Source: Camelus dromedarius
Taxonomy: Eukaryota
DNA: 64,000 nt
NCBI RefSeq assembly: GCF_036321535.1
Contig: NC_087437.1
Location: 20,028,001 to 20,092,000 of the forward strand
Direction of reading: 5' to 3'
The position numbers and the translations under genes are program-made. Positions 9,462-21,605 of the stretch are shown here, piece after piece. The notes under the pieces were generated by a model, which saw only the letters and a program-made list of their open reading frames with translations, searched no databases and had not been told where the DNA came from. Every line of letters begins with the position of its first letter. The first letter of the stretch is position 1.

Positions 9462-11794
9462 CAACATTGGACATCGAAACCTAACAGTGAGATCCAAAAC
9501 AACCACAGCAAACTTGGAAAGGTATTGAGTTCATTTATAAGAAAGTAGTTTTGGTCTTCTTATAAGTGTAAGAAATGCTTGGCTTTGCCCACATGTGTGC
9601 ATAATGCCTAAGGAACATTCCCTGTTCTCAGCTCCTGGAGAGCAATTCAGACATGTATCTGTTGGTACCCTGTTTACATACTGATTGCTCAAACTCATCA
9701 TTTCTTTTATGTACATTGTTCTGCCTTGAGTGGAGGCTGAATACATGAAAATGTGTCCGGATTTCCACTGCTATGTTTTCGTTTCATCTGTCTGGTTTGT
9801 GGCAGGCAATTAAAGCTCTGACAATTTAGTATTGGGCTAAGGGTCACCGCATAGGCTGTTGGTTAGTCTAACAAGTGATCGTCCTTCACACTGAGTGTAA
9901 GTAGACCCAGTTCGTAGGTCCATGGTTGTTCTGCTTGGCTGTGGGTGTTACACTGATTTGTCTTTAGCTCTGTGGAGACCATGAAGAGAGCTGTGGCTTT
10001 TCATGTGCCAACTCTGATTGTTACTTATTGTCTGGAGCATTGGTTGGAGAGAATTCCAAGGCTGACATGGGCTCAGTAGGGAACAGCATCATGATCAATT
10101 AGCAGTGTCTACCATGCATGCAAGTGGAGAGAATCAGGAATTGTGAGACCCTTGTTTTTCATTCCTGGATTAGAGCTGCAACATTTGGAAACCAACTATA
10201 CCTGGAAATCTTGGCAGGGTGGAGGATGGACCAGGTACCTCCTAGGCCCATTAAGCTGAGTGTGTAGTCGGAGGATTGTGTACTTTCCTGATGTTACAAC
10301 ACTTGGGTCCCCTTGTCAGCTCACCAAGGCTCTTCTGAGCATGTGTTACTCTCTAGAAACCTCAGATCCTTTCTTAAGAAGGAGGAATGCTATCTAAGCA
10401 GCAATTCTACATAAATGAGATTTGGAGCAGACCCAGGCCCATGCTGCTCTGTAAGTGTTCTCTGATGAAGAATGCCTCTGCCCTGGCCTCACCATCTCTA
10501 TCCACAGGTTCCAATCCCCAGGGCTGCTGTACATTTCTGGGTTTCAGAGCAAGATGAAAGCCTGTAGGTATTAAAGAGACAATGATGGTCAGGCAGAAAA
10601 GCTACATCTCGCTGAAACAGAAAAAGTCAAGCAAGGGCAATTACCAAAGGAAGTTGACGGTGGGTGGACACATCCTTTGCCAGATGGGATGGTACCTACA
10701 TTCCCGAGGTGCAAGCCGCTTAAGACCCCTGTGCTGCTTCCTTCAGGCAGGAATCTGGGTGGTCGGCCATACCCTGGGCTTGTAGACTAGCAAGCTTTTG
10801 AAAGCACAGGGGAAAACCTCAGTGATTTCTGGTTTGATTGGCCTAAGGAACAGCTTTGCCATCTTTTTGGTACCTCAGCTTCATACTGCACTGAGCTTTG
10901 AAAGAATAAGAATTCTGATGTGGCTCCCAAGCCTCAGCATTGGGACAGAATTATGTGGATAAAGGCCTCGAGAGAGCATCTCAGAAGACTGGATTCCTGG
11001 AAGGCATAGCTCTTCTTGGACGCTGATTGAGTCTGTGAAATGAAATTAAACCCATATTGACATCCATTAGTTCCTGTCACATCTGCATATCATTTGTCTT
11101 TAAGAAACAGATTACATACGAATGAGGAATGAATTGGAGGCAGAGGAAAGGGGAGGGAAATAATATGTAATGCCAAGGTTTGAGCTTTGTACGGAAAAGG
11201 CTTATCGGCAGTATGCCTTGAAGCTGCCCTCACAGAGCTTACTGTTTAGTAAGAGCACAATGACCTTAGACCCAACAGGGAGGGATCTGGGGCTCTGAGT
11301 CTGCAGAGGAAGTGGGGATCACCTAGCAGAGGGCTGTGCAGTGAATGTGCAGTGAAAGGGGCACTGGACATGCATTCGTGCATTTATTCCCTAGGTCCTT
11401 TGACCAGTCTTTCGTCTGTGTTTACAAATCCCGTGCTGGGCGCTGGAGGCACAGAGATGAGCGAAGTTCTGTTCTCCCCCTCAGGAAGCTCAGGGAGTGC
11501 ATGTAGAGAAACATGTGCACATTTCAGTGTTACGGGCACTGAGATAGACCTGATGGGCATGGGCAGATTGGACTGGCTACTCTATGAGGCACTTTGGGGC
11601 ACTTTAGAGAATGACATCTCTTCTGGACAGATGCCACCCACAGGCATGTGGCTTGGCAAACGGAGGTGTCATGAAAATTGTGAGGAGTCCAGTCTTCTGA
11701 CTGAGTCTGTCCCCAGCTATACTGTTGACTTAGCCTGGGAACCCAAGTACTCTTGTGCAGTGTGCAGCCTGCACAACTGTACACAGCACCCTGG

Positions 11795-12000
11795 TGGCAG
11801 TGGGCTAGAAGCACACAGCCCATGTCCTGACTTTGATGCTGTGTAACCTTAAGCAGCCCATGTGACCTCTCAGAGTCTCATTGTCTATATGTGCAGGATG
11901 GAAACCATAATATGTACCTACCTTGATTGTTGTTTGTGTGTTAATGTGTGTGCTGGCGCCCTGGGCCGTAGAAGGCTCTACACAGATGTTAAATATTGTT
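11795..12000 (+). mobile_element. MIR SINE
   Basis: gctgtgtaaccttaagcagcccatgtgacctctcagagtctcattgtc...; a short hAT-Tip100 (MER91-like) end tgcagcctgcacaactgtacacagcaccctg precedes it at ~11755-11793. Confidence 0.6.
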
Positions 12001-12864
12001 ATTCAGTAGCGATCTGCCTATTGATTAATTGACCAGGGAAATCTTTACAAATCTGCTAGTAAGTCAACCTTACATTCGCCAACCTCTTCTCTTCTTGCTT
12101 CTCTGTTTTTCTCTCTCTCTTTCCCTCCCCCTCAACTCTCTCTGTCTCTCCCTCACACTCACACCCACCTTCTACCATCAGCCCTGCGGGTTCACAGATT
12201 TACTCTCTTTGCCAAGAGATCCTTATCTTTGTTTTCAAGATTTTAGTCAAGGGGCAAGTTTTCCATGGAGTCATAGAACTGGATACAACTTACCAGTGTC
12301 CTTTAGGCCATAATTTGTGTAGTTTTTGCAGAAAGAATTTTGTTTAAAGGACATAGAAAATAAACAGTCAAGAAATGTTGGTTCCCAATAGCTTGATTGG
12401 AAAGCATTATTGGGCGAAATGAACCGAGCTCAGCATTTGCATTAATTAAATTGACCATAAACCCAGCGTAATGTTTTATTTCACCTTTCTCCTGGCATGA
12501 TGGTGCCTGAATATTTTGGAACTCAGTACATACCCGCTGGCAGGGATGGCTGAAAGATCAGCAACAATCAATGTTTGTAATCAAAGAAGATTAAACTCCG
12601 TATTAATTAACGGGAATCTAATGATCGACACTCTTGCGGGGCAGAGTGGCCCAAGCCTGCAGCGCGTTCACAGAAATGGAGGTAATTAAATAGTGGACCC
12701 TGCTGGAAGGGAAAGTTTTCGTTATTGTTGAGTTAAATTCTGTGTGCATAAGTGCAATTCTTTAACCGATAGAATATCAGACCAAGTGTGGTAGGAAATT
12801 AGGACCAGATGACATGCATCTCCTGACCTGTGTCCCTAGTGAGCTTCTGGCCGCATGGGAACTT

Positions 12865-13055
12865 GGGGTAGTGTTAAGAGAGGGGGGCTTACTCCTGCAC
12901 TCATATCCCAGCCCTATCACTCACTAGCTGTGTGATCCCATGAAAGTTACTTAACCTCTCTGAGTCTCCGTTTCTTCATTTGTAAAATGGCAATAATAAA
13001 TGTACGTATCTCAGAGGGGTTTTGTGATGACTTGATGAGTTCAAATTGGTGAAGA
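12865..13055 (+). mobile_element. MIR SINE
   Basis: ctagctgtgtgatcccatgaaagttacttaacctctctgagtctccgtttcttcatttgtaaaatggcaataata is a canonical MIR core. Confidence 0.88.
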
Positions 13056-13154
13056 TAGAAAGATGGAGAACAAAGGGGAGGAAATGCTGGATGGTTTCTC
13101 AAGTAAATGCTCCTTACTGGGCCCCTATCTTTGCAGACAGGGGCACATTTAAAC

Positions 13155-14059
13155 CTCAAAGCCTTGGCAATTCTGAGTCTTTCATGACTCCATATAAATT
13201 TTAGGATTATTTGTTCTAGTTCCGTGAAAAACATCCTGGATAATTTGATACAGATCACATTAAATCTGTAGATTGTTTGGGTAGTATGACCATTCTAACA
13301 ATATTAATTCTTCCAATCCAAGAACGTATCTTTCCATTTCTTTAAGTCATCTTTAATTTTCTTAATCAATGTTTTGTAGTACTCTGCATGTAAGTCTTTC
13401 ACTTCCTTTGTAAGATTTATTCCTAAGTATTTTATTTTTGGATGCAATTTTAAAAGTGATTGTTTCTTTACTTTCCTTTTCTGATATTTCATTGTTGGTG
13501 TAAAGAAATGCCACTGATTTCTGTAAAGAAATGCCACTGATTTCTGTATGTCAATCTTGTGTCCTGCTACCTTGCCGAATTCTTTTATTAGCTCCAGGAG
13601 TTTTTGTGTGGAGCCTTTAGGGTATTCTATATATAGCATCATGTCATCCACATATAATGACAGTTTTACCTCTTCTCTTCCAATTTGGATTTCTTTTATT
13701 TCTTTTTCTTGTCTAATTGCTATGGCTAGGACTTCCAGTACTGAATGGAAGTGGTGAGAGTGAGCATCCTTGTCTTGTTCCAGATTTTAGTGGGAAGGCT
13801 TTTGGCTTTTCACCATTGAGTATTATGCTGGCTGTAGATTTGTCATGAATAGCTTTTACTATGTTGAGATATGTTCCCTCTATACCCACTTTGGTTAGAG
13901 TTTTTATCATAAATGGGTGTTGAATTTTATCAAATGCTTTTTCTGCATCTATTGAGATGATCATGTGGTTTTTGTCCTTTCTCTTGATGTGGTGTATCAC
14001 GTTGACTGATTTGTGTATGTTGAACCATCCTTATGCCCCTGGGATGAGCCCAACTTGAT
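13155..14059 (-). mobile_element. Internal LINE-1 ORF2 fragment (reverse-transcriptase region), disrupted
   Basis: The ORF track shows the RT motifs [43 protein letters not shown] and [11 protein letters not shown] split over several frames. No 3'UTR or poly(A). Confidence 0.92.
13499..13544. repeat. Perfect 23-bp tandem duplication inside the L1 ORF2 fragment
   Basis: TGTAAAGAAATGCCACTGATTTC at 13499-13521 and 13522-13544. Confidence 0.93.
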
Positions 14060-15664
14060 AAGCCAATGTATGCGGTGCAAGTTATTAAGCTCATCTTCAC
14101 AGATAAACGTGCTAAGAAAACTGGAAAAGAGAAAATTCTAGAACTGCTTAGATGTCTAGCAAGTGAGGATTTAATGGCCCTCATTTGCTGAAAGGACAAA
14201 CTTTGTGGCCTCTACTAGAGTCTGTTCATTCATTGCCTCAGTCACTGACCTGCAGTACTGGAGCCACCTGACACAGGTGAGGAGATGGAGGAGATGGAGA
14301 CTCAGAGCAGTCAAGGGTAAGAGTTCATGCCAGAGCTGAACTCGCACCCAGAGGCACCTGGCTCCACTCTGCCTGGGGGTGTCCACAGGAAGGAGGAGGC
14401 TAAACAGAAAATGGCAGCCACCATTTTCTCTGTCATCCATCCTTGTGGCAAAATGAGACAAGATCCTTGCCTGGGATGCATCTGTGGTCTGGTTGTGAGG
14501 ACAGAATTCCAAATCGAAGAATGGAAGTACACATGTGACCCTCTGTCAATTCTGTATCAACCCCAGTGTCCTCCACCCAAATGACTCACACATTGGGTGG
14601 TAAAGAACATGACCCTCCACTGTGAGGCCAGGTTGTGTGAGTGTAGGAGGGGCAGGGATGCTCGAGTGGTGCAGGGATTCACCTTGTCCATCTCATGGGT
14701 CTGTGGATCTATGATTGAAAACCCTGGTCCAGAGGTGGCAGGTACCACGAAAACACTCAGCATTTCCAGATGATCTCATTATGGCCTTCAGAATGGTTGG
14801 AGCTTCACTTTACTTGAAAAGCACTTGCATGATCACCTGGCCATCAATAGCACAGTTCTGGAAACTGCAGTCCAGAGTGGTCCCAAGGGAGAGCTTATAA
14901 CTCCTTCCCCAGTGTCATGCCTCTCCAATAGACCCAGTAAGACGTCTGCCTTTGACCTCTCATCCCAGCACGGAGACAGTTTAGCACCATCAGATAGTCT
15001 TGCACCAAAGTCATAATTTAAGAGAAATGGCTCTGTAACATCCCCATGCCAGATAATTCTTTCCCAGCATCTCTGGGTGATTTCCTTCCCGGGGAGCAGT
15101 ATAATCACTTTGCACTGGCTCACCAAACAGCTGATGGCGCGGTGCACCATTGCCCCCAGTCATATGGATTTAGAGCGCCATTGCCTTCTGTAATCATTTA
15201 TCCCCGAATCTCTCGGAGGTGACCTCTGCTCACCAGGGCCCTGGACACTCAAGAGGACAGAAGCCCGGATGCCAGCTGATGTCCGAGCAAGAAGGGGCAA
15301 GTGGCAGGTCGCTGGGGGTGCTTCTGCCTGCTCGCCTCCCCTCCAGGTTGACCACTTATTTCATCAAAAGATCTGCTTGTTTAGTCATATATGAAGCTGC
15401 TCCCTAGGCCTGACTAGTTTCAAAAGAAGGAAAGCTTGTGAAATTCAAACTCAGCGTGCCGGTGTAATGCCAACACATGAGTGTGGGTGGGTTCCCAGCT
15501 GAGGTGAGATGTGTTTACTCAAACCGGTGAACACTTAGCTTCTGGACTAAAAGTACAAACAGAAAGAGACTCTTCATTTTCCAACCTCCTTTCCTGGCCC
15601 CTTATGCTGCTAGCACAGTGCTACCCTGCTTTTGTTTTGCTCACACCTAGATCCAAAGAAGCCT

Positions 15665-15830
15665 GTGGAGTGATGTGGGAAAAGAAAACTTAAGAGGTTT
15701 TAGAGCAAGTTAAATCCAGAGTCACATCCCAGCTCCTCCAAGTCTAGCTGAGTGACCTTGGGGGAGTTACCTAATGTTGCTGGCCTCAGTATCCTCCCCT
15801 CTGATCTGAAACAGTGACAATTGAATCAAT
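15665..15830 (+). mobile_element. MIR SINE
   Basis: ctagctgagtgaccttgggggagttacctaatg...gcctcagtatcctcc. Confidence 0.7.
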
Positions 15831-16282
15831 ATGCATAGGGCATGAATAATCTCAGCAATTAAGACCTCTTGGGGTGAGCATACAAAGGAATCAGATCCTG
15901 TAGGGGAAGGGGTGTGCTGTCCCAGAACACGATGGCCAATCAATACGATCATTATAATCGGAATAACTATTTCAAGTGCAATATTCAGTTTTTTGCATGT
16001 CATGGTGCTGATGACTAGATGGGAAAATCATAGAATGTTTTAGAAAGGTTGTGATGGGCAATGTTCCTTTCGGTCTTGGTTCAGTTTGGGGAACCTGAGG
16101 GAAAACCTCTTATACACACGGACCCAGTTCTTTGGGGTTCACCCCCCCCACTCCCACGTCTTCCTTGCATCTCTCAGTCCACTGTCATGCATGACATATT
16201 CTGTGAGGACAAGGCATCCCCAAGACGAGGGAATGAGCTCACATTTTGAGGGCATACTTCCTAAACAATGAATGTACCTTTG

Positions 16283-16594
16283 TTTGTTTTTAAATTTTTA
16301 ACTGAAGTATAGTCGATTTACAATGTTGTGTTAGTTTCCAGCGTACAGCATAGTGATTCAGTTATAAATATATATTTCTTTTCATATTCTGCTTCATTAT
16401 AGGTTATTAGAGGATATTGAATATACTTCCCTGTGCTATACAGTAGGACCTTGTTTATCTATTTTATACACAGTAGTTAGTACCTGCAAATCTTGAATGC
16501 CTAATTTATCCCTCCCCACCTCTTCCCCCTCTGGTAACCATAAGTTTGCTTTCTGTGTCTGTGAGTCTGTTTCTGTTTTGTAAATAAGTTCATT
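16283..16594 (-). mobile_element. 5'-truncated LINE-1 (3'UTR end)
   Basis: ctgaagtatagtcgatttacaatgttgtgttagtttc...ccctgtgctatacagtaggacc...; degenerate TSD GAATGTACCTTTG (16270) and GACTGTACTTTTG (16595). Confidence 0.88.
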
Positions 16595-18136
16595 GACTGT
16601 ACTTTTGAAATCAAACTCCCCATCTTTGAACTCCTGCTGGTTGGAAAATATACTCACTTCTCTCATTTCCTTAAAAATCTCGATCACCCATGATGCTGGA
16701 AGGTCCTAGACTCATGTTAATTCAATTAACTTTCACAGCAATGTTATGGCTGAGGGAACAGAAGCCTTGCAGGTATATGGGGTCTTGGGATGACTCCAAA
16801 ATTCATATTTTTATGATATCACATAGAAATACAGATGATATTTTTATAAATTTATTTTATAAACAAGTAGGGATAACAATATTAAGGAGCAGAGGGAAAA
16901 AATCTGTGCATGCTGTCATGAGAATTAAATGAGCTGCCATGCTGGGGCCCCAGGCCTGGTGTCAAGTCAGTTCCTAACAGACCGTCACTGTGGGGTTCCT
17001 GTCCGCACCCCAGCCAGGCCCTCCTTGGAAAGCATGGAAGCCATCCCTCGGGATAACTCTCCCACTCTCCTGACTCCTGGCGGTGGCGTCAGAGCATTGG
17101 CTCTGACCACACATTGAAGTCTGACTATTTCATTATAGGAAGGTGTTTTGTAAATACGATGTAGCCGCCCCACTCTCTCCCATCAGCGCAGGGGTCTGGA
17201 TTAATTCCAAAAGGAGTCAGGACTGGGGCAGCCCACCAAGCCTCAGGGGATATCTGATGGTTGAACTCACGGAAGTGAGACCAGGGACACTCCGGGGACA
17301 TGTGCCGAGCGGAGGCTGTAGTGCAGCCCCCTCTGTCTGCAGGGTCGGAGCTGGTAAGAGCGGCCCACACACCTCATCTTGGGGACCCTTGTCGTGCAGC
17401 ACTTGCTGGTTGACGTGGAGCTGAACACACACAGCTCAGGAGCCTCTGGGCCCCTCCCGCAGGCCCCTCATGGACAAGTCAGAGCACAAACCGTATGTGC
17501 ACCAAGGAGAAGCCGAGCAGGTTAACACGAGGCTGTCCTCCTAGATATGGAACATCACGGGGACAAAGGGCTTTGGCTCTGCTTCTCCTGAGCAATGAGA
17601 ACTCTGACCCAAAGTAACCTAGACACAGCTCCTACTGCCTGTGAGGGAGGCTGAGTCAGCTCCCAGCGTCAGCCTGGCACCACCCCAGCTCTGTCCATTC
17701 AACCAATTTCGATAGTAATCATTCGTGTCAATTGGCCGTATTAGGAATGACTCTGTAAAACTGCCAAGCATGGGCCAGCATCTCCACACAGCAATAGGAC
17801 AGAAAGGCGGACAGAGGTAGATTCACCTGTTCTGAAATGCCTGGATAGCCAGGATGTTGCGAGAGTTGAGCCAGGGTGTGTCCGTCAGGCACCTCTGCAC
17901 CCAGGTCCTGGGATGGGATGCAGCGTGGACAGTTCCCAGAGCCACCAGAAGTTGCTCACTCAGGGAGGAGTGTGCTCACCTTCAAGGAGGCAAGTCAGAG
18001 GTCTGGGCCTTTGAGACTGCAGTCTTATCAGATTTGAGGAGCCAAAACTATCAGGGGTCGGAGGGCAAAGGACAGGCAGGGATGGCAAAGCGGAGGGCAG
18101 GATGAGCTAGGGCAGGTGGGTCAGAATTTAGGCTGG

Positions 18137-18344
18137 TTTGAGATTTGCAAATGTTAGCCACTATATATAAAAATAGATTTAAAAAATAAATTTCTTCTAC
18201 ATAGCACAGGGAACTATATTCCATACCTTAATAACCCTTAATGAAAAAGAATATGAAAAAGAATATATGTATATGCATGACGGGGACATTGTGCTGTACA
18301 CCAGAAATTGATGCATTGTAACTGACCATACTTCAATTTAAAAA
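18137..18344 (+). mobile_element. 5'-truncated LINE-1 (3'UTR end) with perfect 14-bp TSD
   Basis: atagcacagggaactatatt...gctgtacaccagaaattg...tacttcaatttaaaaaa, flanked by AGAATTTAGGCTGG at 18123-18136 and 18345-18358. Confidence 0.92.
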
Positions 18345-18379
18345 AGAATTTAGGCTGGGAACTGGGGACGTTCCAGATA

Positions 18380-18836
18380 CTTCCCTCTGTGAGGCAGCCA
18401 CTCGTGTAGAGCGTGGAGGCTCGTGTGCCCAAGTAGCCAGAGTGGGCAGCAGGGACCTTCCTTGGCTTCGGCTCTCAGTGGTCAGCTCCCAGAAGCTCTC
18501 TGCTGTCAGTAGGGAGATGGAAGTGCCTGAGGAATCCATACACCTCGCCCCAGGGCAACCTGAACCAGTGACTGTCCAACGACATATGAAAGTCCAGCCC
18601 TCTTGCCTCAGGTCAGGACAGTTCTGAGCTGTATTTTACCCTCCAGAGCCCTGCAGCAGGATCCAAGGGAAGCCACCCCAGTGGGACTCTGTCTAAAATC
18701 TCATCCTTCCCTGACTTCCTCCCTCCCCTGTCTGGCCAACCCCACATCCTTACAGGTCTCCCTTGGGAGGATGTCTGAATGAATCACTTACACAAGAACC
18801 TGCATTTTAGGGTCTCTTTCTCAGGAGACCACCTGA
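18380..18836 (+). mobile_element. Ancient ERVL LTR (LTR16-like)
   Basis: agtccagccctcttgcctcaggtcaggacagttctgagctgtatttta...ctccagagc...gaatcacttacacaagaacc...agggtctctttctcaggag matches the recalled LTR16-family pattern. Confidence 0.6.
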
Positions 18837-19623
18837 CTCATGTCCTGAGTGAACCGTCCCCTCACAGCAGGTTCTGAGCTCTCCGTTGTGCCCCGTGCAG
18901 TCCACTGCCTCCTGCTCGGATCCTGCCCCCTTTTGGCATGCACCTCTAGCAGGGGACACAGCAGAGCAGCACACAAACCACAGTGGGTACATAGAAAGTG
19001 GTGCAGATAATTGTGGGGAGATTGAGGTCGGTGTGGGCTGTGACCATTTGAGGGGAGCTTCCTGGATGATATGGGCTTACACTTAGTTTTGAAGGGAAGG
19101 AGTTAGTGAGGCCAAGGGAGGACATAAGCAGGGGGACCCATAAGCCAACATTCAGGGGCTGCGGCCGGTGCTAGGGAACTAGAGACCAGAGACAAGGGAG
19201 GCTCGGCCGCAGGGCCAAGAACCTGGATATAAACCAGGGACCTGTCTTTCCTATTCCACTCAGAGAGCAAGGATGCACCTTTCTCTTCCCCACCCAGCGT
19301 AGCTCCACGGGCATAGGAACAGTGGGGATGTCCAGGGTGGAAGCTGGCCCTCGTGCCTGGAGAACGGGCCAGCTGACAGCACTGGAACCATTCACAGGTC
19401 CCTGAGGATGTGGTGGGATGTGGGTCCCCTCAGCATGCCCAGCAAGAAGGCCCTGGGACTCTCAACTTCCAGCAGGCAGCCTGTCCTCCACGGTTTTATT
19501 ACCACATCCTCCCAGCTCACTCAACAAGCCCACACTCAGCCTAGTTACACGAAAGGGTCTGGAGTGAATGAAAGAGCAAGAGTGGAGGGAAGAGAACCAC
19601 TTTGCAGCTGAGTGTGACCTCAG

Positions 19624-20235
19624 TCTGGGTTTCCCCTGAGACAAGGATGTAGGTGATTTATTGCGGTGGTGACCCCAGGAAACTCAAGTACAAGAGAGGG
19701 GAACATGGGACAGAAGGGAGGAAAGCTAGTGAATGGAGCATCGAGCATGGGCTCCTGCTGTGGCCAGCTGGGCTCTACCCCTGGGGGCCCTCAGAGATAA
19801 TTAGGAAGACCAAGCATCCAGGCTGCCAGCCTGCCCCTGTGTTAGCACCGGAAGTCCAGCACCCTGGGAATCCCCTCAGCCCCTAGCAGATCAGGGTGGT
19901 CTCTGGTATCATGAGAACGTGCACCTGAGGATGGAGAGACTGGAGTATTTATCGACACAAGTCCCTCATCGGTTGAGCGTTGTCTCTGGGGATCTGCACT
20001 TCTGGGCTTCCCCTCTTAAGCCACTGAGCAAGCTATCGTGGCACCAGAGAAAGCCCTCAGGCAGAGAAGCAGGGAGATGCTGGCCCTTGGGGTGAGAAGC
20101 TGTCAACATACACTGAACTGTCCATGGAGCTGCAGGTGAACTCAGATGTGGGCCAGGGGAATATGTGCGGAAGCATCATTAAGGTCAGTGCAGGTGCCTG
20201 CGATCTCAGGTATGGCACTCTGCAAGGGAGGAGTG
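19624..20235 (-). mobile_element. Ancient ERVL LTR (LTR33-like)
   Basis: ctgagacaaggatgtaggtgatttattgcggtggtgaccccaggaa and gcagtgcaggtgaactcag-type motifs. Boundaries approximate. Confidence 0.6.
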
Positions 20236-21605
20236 ACAAGGCCAGTGGCAGGTCTGAGGAGCTAAGCTGCTTCCCCCAAGGTCACTGGCTCTGTTCCAGT
20301 GGTGAGGTGGGTCCAGCCACAGAGCCCACGCCCTTGCCTTTCACCCGGTATCCAGTCATCTGTTTATCCTCCATCCATCACCAGCTGCATCCAATCTGAG
20401 ACACATTCCTTCTGAATAGTTAGTTCTGCAGATGGCTGGCTGCTGCAGAGAAACACTATTGAAAGCCATCCTTGAATTGAGTTAGTAATAGCTCACCTTG
20501 AAAAATAACAAGGTTAAGGCTGAGGAATGTTCTGTTCAATTCCATTGTAATTAAGAGAACTTTCCTGCATTGCATGCTGCATAATTGAATTATACCACTG
20601 GTTAATTTTTTTAAATAATCATTTGTAGATTTGTTTCCCCTACCGGTGTACTTTAAAAAAAATAATAATACCCTTTGCTACTTAATAAAAGAGATAGATG
20701 CTGGAGGAGAGACTGTGGAGGAGATATTGTTTGTGTTCAGTGGTTCCATCATTACTATTGATTGCCCAGCCTTATTATTCACCTCAAAGACACTGCAATT
20801 AATAGAAATGGAAATGAAGGAATATCTGTGTTCCATGAGGCTTTATTGAAAGAGGAAATAAACAATACTTGTAGACAAGTCATAATTCTTTGTTGGCTGT
20901 GACAACGGTGCTTTCAGAGGAAGGATTGACTTGCATCTTAAACAAGCAGCCAAGGCTGTCCCTGCCAGTGCTGGGAGACATCAGGTCTGAGGCCAGCCCC
21001 ACTGGAAATCTGGCCCCTGCTGACCTGTCTGTGGCCTGCTGACATAAGGCGGAGGCTGAAATAAGGTGGAGAGCGTGCTCTGGGTAGTTTGAGATGGCCC
21101 TTCCCTGAGCTTCTGCACTAATTGGTATTCAAGATGGACTTGAATTGGATTATAGTAAGTCATTCTCCAGATCCCTGGATAGTCTTGGCCTGAAGAATGG
21201 GTTAGAAAAGTGGAGCCGACTCAGGTGCTCACAGGTGTTACTATTAGGTCTGGGCTCTGTCCTTCCTGCCTCCCTCCCTCTCAGAGCTCTGGCCTCCATG
21301 CAAACCCCTCACCTCCCCTCGCCTACTCTCAGGCCACCCCTCACCTCCGAAACCCTGACTCTCCTCCTTCAGGGCTGATAGCTGCTCGCCCTGCAGGACT
21401 GGCCTGTGGCTGCCTCCTCTCCCAGTGGCACACGGCTGACTCCCGGCCAGTCGCGAGCTTTGCAAGGATCGGCCCTGAGCCTCCTTATCACTGTCTGGGA
21501 CCCCATACGGAGCACGGCACAGAGCAGTGCCAGGAGCTCCACTGACTCCATGATGCTTATCTGCGAATATTTACAGTGACCTCTCTGCTAACAACCTGAA
21601 AGGCG

